From contig CAYFTL010000002.1 of assembly GCA_964346145.1 (NCBI GenBank), positions 1 through 46,675 on the forward strand: DNA of 46,675 nucleotides, given 5' to 3'. Origin of the DNA: an uncultured Oscillospiraceae bacterium. Lineage in GTDB: Bacteria > Bacillota > Clostridia > Christensenellales > Aristaeellaceae. A program made the translations under genes and the position numbers. The notes beneath the pieces are model-generated. The model was not told the origin of the DNA, made no database searches, and saw nothing but the letters and a program-made list of their open reading frames with translations. Positions 16,113 through 24,658 of this stretch are shown piece after piece (position 1 is the stretch's first letter; each line of letters starts with the position of its first letter).

Positions 16113-16854
16113 CACAAAAATCCAGATTCCAACTTAAATTCACATCGAAGCGCCAAGTCAAAACGCTCACCGTTGCATAGCCGTTGTCCAGCCAATAGCA
16201 GTCGGAGCCTTCTTCCAGTGAAAATGTGTTGTTCTGGAGCCAGAGCGTGCAGCGGCCCTCTTTGCTGAAAGGCTCATCGACTTCGCACATAGACTCCTTT
16301 TGCCAAGCGATAAAACCTAGGGGGGCCTGGCGCAAACCGCGGATGGGTTCTGCCGGCACGTTTAGGTTGATGATTTGGCCGGGCGGCAGCGGATGGGCCA
16401 GCAAATTCTGCGCCGTTTGAAGGGTGAGGCCTGCCGCCGGGGCAAAGTCTGTGCCGCTGTGCAAAGAAACGGCCAGAGCGGGCAAACCCAACATAGCCGC
16501 TTCGACGGCTGCGCCCACGGTGCCCGAATACACGCAGTCGGTGCCCAAATTGGCGCCGTGGTTGATGCCGGACACTACGATATCCACGCGGCCGCGCGCC
16601 AGCTCATTGCAGGCCAGCAGCGCACAGTCTGCCGGCGTGCCGTCCAGCGCCCAAGCGGCCTCGGCCTTGGGATAGCTTTCTGAAATATCCACCAGGCGCA
16701 GCGGTTGTCGTAGGGTTATGCTGTGGCTGGCGCCGCTGCGCTGGCTTAAGGGCGCACACAAAAACACTTTGTGCCCTGCACTTGTAAACGCTTCGTATAG
16801 ACTGCGGATGCCCTGAGCGGTATATCCGTCATCGTTGATCAACAAAACCCGCAT
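16099..16854 (-). CDS. surE: 5'/3'-nucleotidase SurE
   Basis: MRVLLINDDGYTAQGIRSLYEAF...GINHGANLGTDCVYSGTVGAAVEAAMLGLPALAVS are canonical SurE motifs. Confidence 0.85.
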   Translation of the reverse strand: MRVLLINDDGYTAQGIRSLYEAFTSAGHKVFLCAPLSQRSGASHSITLRQPLRLVDISESYPKAEAAWALDGTPADCALLACNELARGRVDIVVSGINHGANLGTDCVYSGTVGAAVEAAMLGLPALAVSLHSGTDFAPAAGLTLQTAQNLLAHPLPPGQIINLNVPAEPIRGLRQAPLGFIAWQKESMCEVDEPFSKEGRCTLWLQNNTFSLEEGSDCYWLDNGYATVSVLTWRFDVNLSWNLDFCEKQK

Positions 16855-16880
16855 TGCCTATTCTCCTTCGTTTGCGTTAA

Positions 16881-17456
16881 TTATTCTTGTGCCGCAGGTT
16901 TGGTTTCGATGGAAGGCAAAGGCTCTTTGAGCACATCTTCCGGGCTGTATTCGTTAAGCTCGGGCAGATCTTCTAAGGATGCGATGCCGAAATGTTGCAA
17001 GAATACTTCGGTGGTGCCGTACAGGATGGGCCTGCCCAGGCCTTCCTTGCGCCCCACCTCGCAGATCATGCCCTTGTTGCTCAGCGACTGCATGGAATAA
17101 TCGCATTTGACGCCGCGAATGGCTTCTACCTCGGCTTTGGTAACCGGTTGCCGGTAGGCCACGATGGATAAGGTTTCCATCATCGCCTGGGACAACGACT
17201 GTTTTTGCACCGGCTGTAGCAAGCGCTCTATGTATTTTGCATATTCCGGCCGGGTGGTTAGCTGCACGCTATCCCCAAACCGGTTGAGCTTAAGGCCGCG
17301 CTTTTCCACATCGTAATGATGGGCCAACTGCTCCAGCGCCGGATCCAGCTCCATGACGGTCAGATCCAGCGCGTGGGCCAAATCCTCCCGCGCTACGGCC
17401 TCGCCGGCGACAAACAAAATTGCTTCTATGATTCCACACAATTCACTCTGGTCCAA
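16881..17456 (-). CDS. scpB: segregation and condensation protein B
   Basis: The N-terminus ELCGIIEAILFVAGEAV and a winged-helix tandem. It lies immediately downstream of scpA. Confidence 0.85.
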   Translation of the reverse strand: MDQSELCGIIEAILFVAGEAVAREDLAHALDLTVMELDPALEQLAHHYDVEKRGLKLNRFGDSVQLTTRPEYAKYIERLLQPVQKQSLSQAMMETLSIVAYRQPVTKAEVEAIRGVKCDYSMQSLSNKGMICEVGRKEGLGRPILYGTTEVFLQHFGIASLEDLPELNEYSPEDVLKEPLPSIETKPAAQE

Positions 17457-17458
17457 CG

Positions 17459-18196
17459 TTAACCCTCCACATTCTTGCGGCGTTTTGATACCATAATTTC
17501 TTCGAAAGCGTTCGACTGGCTGACGCTGACGCGTTCCAGCTTTAGCATTTCCAATAGCGCCATAAACACTGTAACCACTTCCACCTTGCTGGGCGAATCT
17601 TCGAACAATGCGCTGAACTTCACCGGTTTTTTTTGTATGCGGGATTGTATGCGGAACATGCCCTGCTGCACGGTGATGCTGTCTCTGCGGATTTCCCGCT
17701 GCACCGGTGCCGGCTGATTTTGCCGGTCTTCAAAGCGTCTCAAAACTTTGGCAAAGGCCCGGGTGAGCCCGTCTAGCGTAAGGCCGGTGAGTTCCACTTC
17801 CGGAGGCGGCAGAGGATATTCTTCGGGCAATTTGCTCAGCAGCGCTTTGGCTTCTTCTTCCAAGCGCTTCATGTCGGAGCTGGCCTCCTTAAAGGCCTTG
17901 TACTCGGTCAGCTGGCGAATCAGCGCCTGTTCCGGGGTTTCTTCCCCTTCTTCGGGTTCTTTGGGCGGGCGGGGCAGCAGCGCCCGGGATTTGATTTCCA
18001 TCAGCGTGGCCGCCATGGCCAGAAATTCGCTGGCCGAATCCATATCCAGTTGATCTAGCCCCGCCATGGATTGTAGATACTGTTCGGTGATTTCGGACAC
18101 GAAGATTTCGTGAATGTCTATCTTGGCGCGGGAAATCAGCGTGAGCAGCAGGTCTAGCGGCCCATCGAATTCGTTTAGCGATACCACATACGCCAT
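17459..18196 (-). CDS. scpA: segregation and condensation protein A (kleisin)
   Basis: MAYVVSLNEFDGPLDLLLTLISRAKIDIHEIFVSEITEQYL is a ScpA signature. Confidence 0.85.
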   Translation of the reverse strand: MAYVVSLNEFDGPLDLLLTLISRAKIDIHEIFVSEITEQYLQSMAGLDQLDMDSASEFLAMAATLMEIKSRALLPRPPKEPEEGEETPEQALIRQLTEYKAFKEASSDMKRLEEEAKALLSKLPEEYPLPPPEVELTGLTLDGLTRAFAKVLRRFEDRQNQPAPVQREIRRDSITVQQGMFRIQSRIQKKPVKFSALFEDSPSKVEVVTVFMALLEMLKLERVSVSQSNAFEEIMVSKRRKNVEG

Positions 18197-18207
18197 CTAA
18201 AAGCCTC

Positions 18208-18933
18208 CTACATTATTACTTCGGCCAATCGTATCCACATGCTTATGAAGGCTTCCCCCGTGCGGAAAAAGAAAAAATCGACGCCATAGCCTAAAAATTT
18301 GCTCAAAACTCCTGTAAATGCAGCTGCATAAATAATGACCCGTCCGATCTGCATGGCGCGCACCGAAGCGAAGTAGGATTTTTTGAAAACCAGATCGTTG
18401 AGCACGTGGTAGCCATCCAGCGGCGGAATGGGCAGCAGGTTAAAAAGCATGATGACCAAATTATATCTGGCGCATATGCTCAAAAACTGATAGAAGTATA
18501 GGGACACCGTTCCTTCGCCGGACCAAAACACGTACATTGCCGTGTAGGCTAACATGCTCAACAAAAACAGCAGATAGTTGGTGGCCACCCCGGCGATGGA
18601 CACCTTAAAGTCGTCCATACGGCCGTTTCTGTAGTTGAGGGGGTTTACAGGAACCGGCTTAGCCCAACCGATGCCCACCAGAATCATCATCAGAAAGCCT
18701 GCCGGATCAATGTGATTCAAAGGGTTGAGGGTCAACCGGCCCATCAGTTTTGCGGTATCATCCCCACAGCGGTATGCTACGAAGCCGTGGGCACATTCGT
18801 GAAAGCTCAGCGCAATCAAAATGGCGGGCAGGCTGATTAAAAGGGACTCTATAAAACCTATGGGATCGTCAAATAAATCAAAAATTGGCAAATACAAAAT
18901 ATGCACGTCCCTTCGCGTTAATATCATACTCAT
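18208..18933 (-). CDS. site-2 protease family (peptidase M50B) integral-membrane zinc metalloprotease
   Basis: A HECAHG (HExxH) motif lies in a TM helix. There is an LNPLNHIDPAGFL motif and a later DG..L.PLDG-type second zinc-ligand region (LPIPPLDGYHV). It is multi-pass and sits upstream of scpAB in the same orientation. Confidence 0.75.
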   Translation of the reverse strand: MSMILTRRDVHILYLPIFDLFDDPIGFIESLLISLPAILIALSFHECAHGFVAYRCGDDTAKLMGRLTLNPLNHIDPAGFLMMILVGIGWAKPVPVNPLNYRNGRMDDFKVSIAGVATNYLLFLLSMLAYTAMYVFWSGEGTVSLYFYQFLSICARYNLVIMLFNLLPIPPLDGYHVLNDLVFKKSYFASVRAMQIGRVIIYAAAFTGVLSKFLGYGVDFFFFRTGEAFISMWIRLAEVIM

Positions 18934-19110
18934 TATACCCTAGCAGACTGTCGTACCGCAACCGCGACGGCCGGGAAATTGCCGGAATGAGCCAAAGTGG
19001 GCGCAGATTTAGAATGAAGCAGGTTGCTGCTAAAGGGAGTGAATAGCAGGCATGGCGCAATCGAAGGGTTGGTGTTATAATAGTTTTAAAGAATCAAAGG
19101 AGGGGTGCCC

Positions 19111-19626
19111 ATGAGCACACAGGTTGCCGACAGACTGATTGCCCTCAGGCGGCACAACAACTTTTCCCGCAAGGAACTGGCCGAGAGGCTGGGCGTAAGC
19201 ACAGATGCGGTTATTGAGTGGGAAGAAGCCAAAGCCAAGCCTGAGATGGGTGATGTGCTGGCCCTTTCCAAGCTGTATGGGGTAACGCTGGACGAACTGC
19301 TGGATCCTTCGATGCCGCTACCCGCCGCGCCGCAAATAGAAGAGGTGGAAGCCGAATTTGTGGAAGTTGAAGTGCTGGAGCCGGAGCTGGGCGACAAGAA
19401 GGACAAAAAAGCCGAGCGCCGCGCGAGGGAGCGCCGCGAAAACGTAGATGGATTGTTGTGGATGGCTCTGTGCTTTTTTCTGGCGCTGTGGTTGCGTCCG
19501 GTGCTGCCCAATTTTCCCTACCCGGTATTTGTAACCATATTCTATTTGGGAATGGGGTTTATAGGCGGCCTTTGGCATCCGGGCTGGCTGTTGTATCTGA
19601 CGGTGCCGCTCTATTATTCAGTTTAA
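19111..19626 (+). CDS. membrane-anchored XRE-family HTH transcriptional regulator (N-terminal HTH_3, acidic linker, 2 C-terminal TM helices)
   Basis: The start is at MSTQVAD, after the AAGGAGG ribosome-binding site. The HTH region is FSRKELAERLGVSTDAVIEWE. The linker is EE/KK-rich. The TM helices are LLWMALCFFLALWL and VFVTIFYLGMGFIGGLW. Confidence 0.7.
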   Translation: MSTQVADRLIALRRHNNFSRKELAERLGVSTDAVIEWEEAKAKPEMGDVLALSKLYGVTLDELLDPSMPLPAAPQIEEVEAEFVEVEVLEPELGDKKDKKAERRARERRENVDGLLWMALCFFLALWLRPVLPNFPYPVFVTIFYLGMGFIGGLWHPGWLLYLTVPLYYSV

Positions 19627-19649
19627 GCTGTTTATCACAATATGGATTT

Positions 19650-19690
19650 AAAAAAGGTTCTAGGGTAAAACTTAGAGCCTTTTATGGTTT
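19650..19690 (+). terminator. candidate rho-independent terminator after the XRE regulator gene
   Basis: AGGUUCUAG-ggtaaaa-CUUAGAGCCU forms a hairpin with one G-U pair, followed by TTTTATGGTTT. Confidence 0.4.
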
Positions 19691-19752
19691 CTTGCGGGCC
19701 GGTTTTGTGATACTATGGACAAAGATTTTACTACGCCTACGGAGGGGACTTT

Positions 19753-20904
19753 ATGGATTTGCATCAAGCGACCAGCCGATGCTGGGCCGAGATTGATTTG
19801 GACCGGCTCAAACAAAATTTTCACAACGCCCAAACCGAAATCGCGGGCAACGCCCAAATCATTCCGGTGCTGAAGGCTAACGCCTACGGCATGGGTTCGA
19901 TTCCGGTCGCCCGCGCGCTGATGGAGGTTGGCGCCGATGAGTTTGCTGTGGCCAGTTTTCAGGAAGCGATGGAGCTGCGCCGGGCGATCAAGGATTGCCG
20001 TTTGCTGGTGATGGGGATGACCGGAGACTGTGATTTGCGCCAGGCGGTTGAAGAAAAGATTGCCGTGACCGTGTTTGACACTCACCAGCCCCAGCTGCTG
20101 AGCGAAATCGCCTGTCAACTGGGCTTAACCGCCCACATTGAATTAAAGCTGGACACCGGGCTGCACCGGTTGGGCTTTGATTGCGCCATTGCAGCCGATC
20201 AGATCAGCGGGTTTGCCTGTCTGCCGGGTCTATCCATCGACGGTTTGTTTACCCACCTGGCGCTTCGGGATGCGCAAGGGGACCGGCGCCAGTTTGAGCT
20301 TTTTCACCAGGTGGCCGATCAGCTGAAGGTCCTTAACATTCACCCCAAGCGGCTGCACATGTCCGATAGCATCGGCATGGTGCGCTATCCCCAGCAGCAG
20401 CTGAATGCGGTGCGGCTGGGCGCGTATTTGTTTGGCGTTGCGCCCTCGGGCTACGCCGAGGCAGCCCAAAAAGTGCTTTCAATCTGCGATTTTAAGACCC
20501 GCGTGGTGCAAATACGCTGGGTGGAGGCTGGCGAATGCATCGGATATGACGAGGATCACCCGCTAAAAGAACGTTCGCTGATTGCCACGTTGAGCGCCGG
20601 ATATGTGGACGGTTTTCCCCGCACAACCGGCGTGGGCGAAGTGGAAATCCGCGGACGGCGCGCGCCGGTGGTCGGCCTGGTGTGTATGGACCAAATGATG
20701 GTGGATGTGGGGCGGATTCCGGGTGTGCAGCCCGGGGACGAAGCCATTTTGCTGGGCGGCGGTATTTCTATCAAAGAGTACGCCGATTTGGCCCAGCTCA
20801 ACCGGAATGAAGCCTATAGCCGGATCAACCGACGCGTTCCGCGGGTGTACTATTCGGGCGGCATTCCCGTTCAAATTGTGGATTATATGAATACCGTAGA
20901 GTAG
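19753..20904 (+). CDS. alr: alanine racemase
   Basis: The PLP-lysine motif is VLKANAYGMG. The N-terminus reads AEIDLDRLKQNF. The length is about 380 aa. The ribosome-binding site is GGAGGGG. Confidence 0.85.
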   Translation: MDLHQATSRCWAEIDLDRLKQNFHNAQTEIAGNAQIIPVLKANAYGMGSIPVARALMEVGADEFAVASFQEAMELRRAIKDCRLLVMGMTGDCDLRQAVEEKIAVTVFDTHQPQLLSEIACQLGLTAHIELKLDTGLHRLGFDCAIAADQISGFACLPGLSIDGLFTHLALRDAQGDRRQFELFHQVADQLKVLNIHPKRLHMSDSIGMVRYPQQQLNAVRLGAYLFGVAPSGYAEAAQKVLSICDFKTRVVQIRWVEAGECIGYDEDHPLKERSLIATLSAGYVDGFPRTTGVGEVEIRGRRAPVVGLVCMDQMMVDVGRIPGVQPGDEAILLGGGISIKEYADLAQLNRNEAYSRINRRVPRVYYSGGIPVQIVDYMNTVE

Positions 20905-20919
20905 GAGGGAGCGATCCTG

Positions 20920-22104
20920 ATGACCGATGAACAACTAAAGCGAGAGGCCGACCAATTGGCGCCCTGGCTGGTAGACTTGCGGCACCAGCTTCACCGGATC
21001 CCTGAGCCCGGGTTTGAGGAATACAAGACCCAGGCATTGATCATGCGCACGCTGGATGAACTGGGGATTGAATATGACGCCCAAAGAACCTGGATTATAG
21101 CCCTTATACGGGGCGGACAGCCAGGACCAACGGTGGCGCTGCGGGCCGACATGGATGCGCTGCCCATTCAAGAGCAGACTGAGTGCGATTTTGCATCCAC
21201 CCATTCCGGCTATATGCACGCTTGCGGCCACGACGCCCACGTTACGATGGTGCTCGGCGCGGCCAAGCTGCTCAAGGCACACGCAGGGGAACTTTCGGGC
21301 AATGTGAAGCTGTTTTTCCAGCCGGCGGAAGAGACCGACGGCGGCGCACTGCCGATGATTGAGGCCGGGTGCATGCAAAATCCTGAAGTCAGCCGCGTAT
21401 TTGGGCTGCATGTGATGCCCAATCTGCCGGTGGGCACGGTGGAAAGCCGTTTTGGCGCGTTAAACGGCGCTAGCGACGATATTCAGATTGCGGTAAAGGG
21501 CAAATCTGCCCACGGTGCATATCCGGATTTGGGCGTGGATGCCATCGCCTGCGCGGCTCAAGTGATCACAGCGTTGCAGACGCTGGTTTCGCGCAACACT
21601 TCCCCGTTGGATAGCGCGGTGCTGAGCTTTGGCACGATAGAAGGCGGTACGGCCAGCAATGTGCTGTGCGATGAGGTGCGCATACACGGTACGCTGCGCA
21701 CCATAAGCCCGAAAACCCGGGAAAAGCTGCGGGCCAAGATTAGCGAAATTGCGCAGGGCGTGAGCCGCGCTATGGACGCAGATGCCGAGGTGACCATCAC
21801 CCCGGGCTATTGCGCGCTGATCAACCATGAAAAAGACGTTGAGCATATCTTTGAAACCGCTAAGCGGCTGCTGGGCGAGGAAAACGTGCTGGTGAAAAGC
21901 CAGCCCAGCCTGGGGGTTGAAGACTTTTCTTATTTTATTGCCGATACGCCGGGCGCTTTCTTTCACCTGGGCTGTTCGGACCCGGAGGCACAAGATCCTG
22001 CGCCCTTGCACAACTGCAGGTTTGCGCTGGATGAAAGATGCCTGCCCATCGGGGTGATGATACACACCGCGCTGGTTATGGAAGCGCTGAATGGCTATAC
22101 TTGA
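20920..22104 (+). CDS. M20D-family amidohydrolase (N-acyl-amino acid / peptide amidohydrolase, hippuricase-like)
   Basis: Metal-ligand motifs MHACGHDAH and ALRADMDALP are present. The length is 394 aa. The ribosome-binding site is GGAGGG. Confidence 0.8.
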   Translation: MTDEQLKREADQLAPWLVDLRHQLHRIPEPGFEEYKTQALIMRTLDELGIEYDAQRTWIIALIRGGQPGPTVALRADMDALPIQEQTECDFASTHSGYMHACGHDAHVTMVLGAAKLLKAHAGELSGNVKLFFQPAEETDGGALPMIEAGCMQNPEVSRVFGLHVMPNLPVGTVESRFGALNGASDDIQIAVKGKSAHGAYPDLGVDAIACAAQVITALQTLVSRNTSPLDSAVLSFGTIEGGTASNVLCDEVRIHGTLRTISPKTREKLRAKISEIAQGVSRAMDADAEVTITPGYCALINHEKDVEHIFETAKRLLGEENVLVKSQPSLGVEDFSYFIADTPGAFFHLGCSDPEAQDPAPLHNCRFALDERCLPIGVMIHTALVMEALNGYT

Positions 22105-22131
22105 TAGGATGATTTGCGGAGGGAATGCATT

Positions 22132-22929
22132 ATGAAACTTTTTATCAGCTCCGATATTGAAGGCACGGCGGGGATCGCCCACTGGGACGAAACCGAAGCC
22201 GGCCATTTTGGCTATGAACCTTTTCGCCGGCAGATGAGCATGGAGGTGGCGGCCGCCTGTGAAGGGGCGCTGAGCGCGGGCGCCGACGAGATTCTTGTAA
22301 AGGACGCCCACGATTCGGCGCGCAATATAGACCCCAACCTGTTGCCCGAGGAGGCCAAAATCTTCCGAGGCTGGGGCATGGATCCGCTGTGCATGGTGGC
22401 CGGATTGGATCGGGATTACAGCGGGGTAATGTTTACCGGCTACCATTCGGCGGCGGGCACCAATTTTAACCCGTTGTCCCACACCATGACCACTCAAAAC
22501 AATTCGGTGCATATCAATGGGGAGTTGGCCAGCGAGCTGTATATTCACGCATTGGCGGCCGCTTACTTGAATGTACCCGTTTTGATGGTGACCGGGGATG
22601 AGGGCCTGTGCCAATGGATGCAGGGTAAAAACCCGGCTGTCGTGACGGTGCCCGTCAGCGCGGGCATGGGGCGCGGCTCTATTTCCATCCATCCGGCAAA
22701 AGCTGTCAAGCTTATCCGCGAAGGCGCGAAAAGGGCGGTTGAGCGGATTGGCCAGGTAAAGCCCTTTGATTTGCCCGACAGTTTCGCGGTAGAAATTTGT
22801 TACAAAGAGCACTCTGAGGCGCGGCGCACCAGTTTTTATCCTGGCGCCAGGTTGCTGTCCAGCCACCGGATTGGGTTTCAAGCCCAGGACTATATGGAAG
22901 TCTTGCGCTTCTTTCATTTTGTGCTGTAA
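22132..22929 (+). CDS. dppA: D-aminopeptidase DppA (peptidase M55)
   Basis: The start is at MKLFISSDIEGTAGI, a hallmark M55 N-terminus, after the GGAGGG ribosome-binding site. Size is about 265 aa. Confidence 0.75.
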   Translation: MKLFISSDIEGTAGIAHWDETEAGHFGYEPFRRQMSMEVAAACEGALSAGADEILVKDAHDSARNIDPNLLPEEAKIFRGWGMDPLCMVAGLDRDYSGVMFTGYHSAAGTNFNPLSHTMTTQNNSVHINGELASELYIHALAAAYLNVPVLMVTGDEGLCQWMQGKNPAVVTVPVSAGMGRGSISIHPAKAVKLIREGAKRAVERIGQVKPFDLPDSFAVEICYKEHSEARRTSFYPGARLLSSHRIGFQAQDYMEVLRFFHFVL

Positions 22930-22938
22930 TAAGATTAT

Positions 22939-22978
22939 AAAAAGGTTCCTTCCCAAATATGGGGAGGAACCTTTTTTG
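22939..22978. terminator. bidirectional terminator between convergent dppA (+) and glgA (-)
   Basis: AAAAAGGTTCCTTCCC-aaatat-GGGGAGGAACCTTTTTTG. It is flanked by A and T runs on both sides. Confidence 0.65.
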
Positions 22979-22989
22979 CATTTTGTTAT

Positions 22990-24600
22990 TTATTCGGTTT
23001 CTTCTGATTTTTCTGTTTTTTTCTTGGGGCTGGTTGCGCGTGGTTTTCTGGCAGCCGGCTTGCTTGTAGCCGATTTGGTTTCGGTTACCTTGCCAGCTTC
23101 TGCCTCTTCCTTTCTCTTACGGGGAATGCGAGGTTTGCGGGGCTTGGGCGCAGGCTTGCCTTCTGCAGTGAGCCCATTGTAAAGCGCTATATACTCATGG
23201 GCCGATTGATCCCAGCCATGTTGCTCGTTCATCGCCCGCACCACCAATTTTTTCCACAGCTCCGGACGGTCGCGGTAGTAACGCACAGCCCGCTCGATTA
23301 CGTGTAGCATATCGTGGGCGTTGTAATTGAGGAAGGTGAAGCCGTTGCCTTCATCGGTATATTTGTTGTAGGACAGTACGGTATCCCGCAGGCCGCCGGT
23401 TTCCCGCACGATGGGCAAGGTGCCGTAGCGCAAGGAAATCATTTGGCTCAATCCGCAGGGCTCAAACTGGGAAGGCATCAAGAACATGTCGGCACCGGCG
23501 TAAATTTGGTGGGCCAACTCGTGGTTCATTTCGATGCGCGCAGCCAACTGGCCCGGATATTTCCATTGGGCCCAGTTGAACAAATCTTCAAACCGGCGTT
23601 CGCCCTTGCCCAGTACCACCAGCTGGGCGCCGGTGGACATAATGTCTTTTAGGACAACGTTGACCAGATCCAACCCTTTTTGGCTGGACAGGCGCCCGAC
23701 CATGCCGATTAGCGGGATGCTTTCGTCTTCCACCAAGCCCAGCTTTCGCTGAAGCGCCAGCTTGTTGAGCTTTTTGTTTTCCAAAGCATCGGCTGAATAG
23801 TGTTGATCGATCAGCGGATCGGTTTGCGGATCATATTCTTCGATGTCGATTCCGTTTAATATCCCGGCCAATTGGGCAGAACGTTTGCGCAACAGGCCGT
23901 CCAACCGCTCGCCGTAATAGGCCGTTTGGATTTCCTGGGCGTAGGTGGGGCTAACCGTGGTGATGCGCTGGGCGTAAGTGATTCCGGCCTTCATATAGTT
24001 TGCTTGGCCGTAAAATTCCATTCCGTCGGCGGCATAGGCCCATTCGCCCAAAGAGACAAGATCTTCAACGTAATCTATGCCGAACACACCCTGGTATTGC
24101 AGGTTGTGGATGGTAAACACGGTGTGCAGCTTTTCGTACAGCGGCAGATGGCGGTATTGGGACTCCAACAAAATGGGAATCAAGCCGGTTTGCCAGTCGT
24201 GGCAATGGAGTACGTCGGGCAGGTAATCGATTTGGGGCAGCGCTTCCAACACCGCACGGCAGAAGAAGGCAAAGCGCTCTCCTTCATCGCCGCCCAGGCC
24301 GTACACATACGGCCGACCGAAATAATATTCATTGTCCACAAAATAGTAGACTACACCGTTGTGTTCCAGCTTTTCGATTCCGCAGTACTGCCTGCGCCAT
24401 CCGAGGTTTACGTAGAAGTAGAGCAAATGCTCCATCTTTTCCCGCCACTCGCTGGAGATTTCCCGGTACAGCGGCAGAATCACCCGGACCTCCGCATCCT
24501 TTTCTTTATTCAATTCCTTGGGCAATGCGCCGACCACATCGGCCAGCCCGCCTGTTTTTACAAAAGGCACACATTCCGATGCCGCAAACAAAACTTTCAT
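22990..24600 (-). CDS. glgA: glycogen synthase (ADP-glucose type) with an unusual ~55-aa Lys/Pro/Arg-rich C-terminal tail
   Basis: The start is at MKVLFAASECVPFVKTGGLADVVGALP, a GT5 signature. The ribosome-binding site is AGGAGTG. The ORF-track N-terminal extension has no ribosome-binding site. The tail reads KPAPKPRKPRIPRKRKEE...KKKTEKSEETE. Confidence 0.85.
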   Translation of the reverse strand: MKVLFAASECVPFVKTGGLADVVGALPKELNKEKDAEVRVILPLYREISSEWREKMEHLLYFYVNLGWRRQYCGIEKLEHNGVVYYFVDNEYYFGRPYVYGLGGDEGERFAFFCRAVLEALPQIDYLPDVLHCHDWQTGLIPILLESQYRHLPLYEKLHTVFTIHNLQYQGVFGIDYVEDLVSLGEWAYAADGMEFYGQANYMKAGITYAQRITTVSPTYAQEIQTAYYGERLDGLLRKRSAQLAGILNGIDIEEYDPQTDPLIDQHYSADALENKKLNKLALQRKLGLVEDESIPLIGMVGRLSSQKGLDLVNVVLKDIMSTGAQLVVLGKGERRFEDLFNWAQWKYPGQLAARIEMNHELAHQIYAGADMFLMPSQFEPCGLSQMISLRYGTLPIVRETGGLRDTVLSYNKYTDEGNGFTFLNYNAHDMLHVIERAVRYYRDRPELWKKLVVRAMNEQHGWDQSAHEYIALYNGLTAEGKPAPKPRKPRIPRKRKEEAEAGKVTETKSATSKPAARKPRATSPKKKTEKSEETE

Positions 24601-24658
24601 ATGTTTACTCACTCCTAAACAAAAATCAAAGCGAGCGCGCACACGTGCGCGCCCGATT

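Noticed and set aside
15375-16115. 246-aa - strand ORF over the 3' half of the second SH3b paralog
   Set aside because: Antisense to a gene with a signal peptide and conserved domains. It runs through the bidirectional terminator.
21460-22956. 498-aa - strand ORF antisense to the M20 amidohydrolase and dppA genes
   Set aside because: It spans two well-supported sense genes and the intergenic gap. It has an Arg/Gly/His-rich composition typical of GC-rich antisense frames, and no ribosome-binding site.
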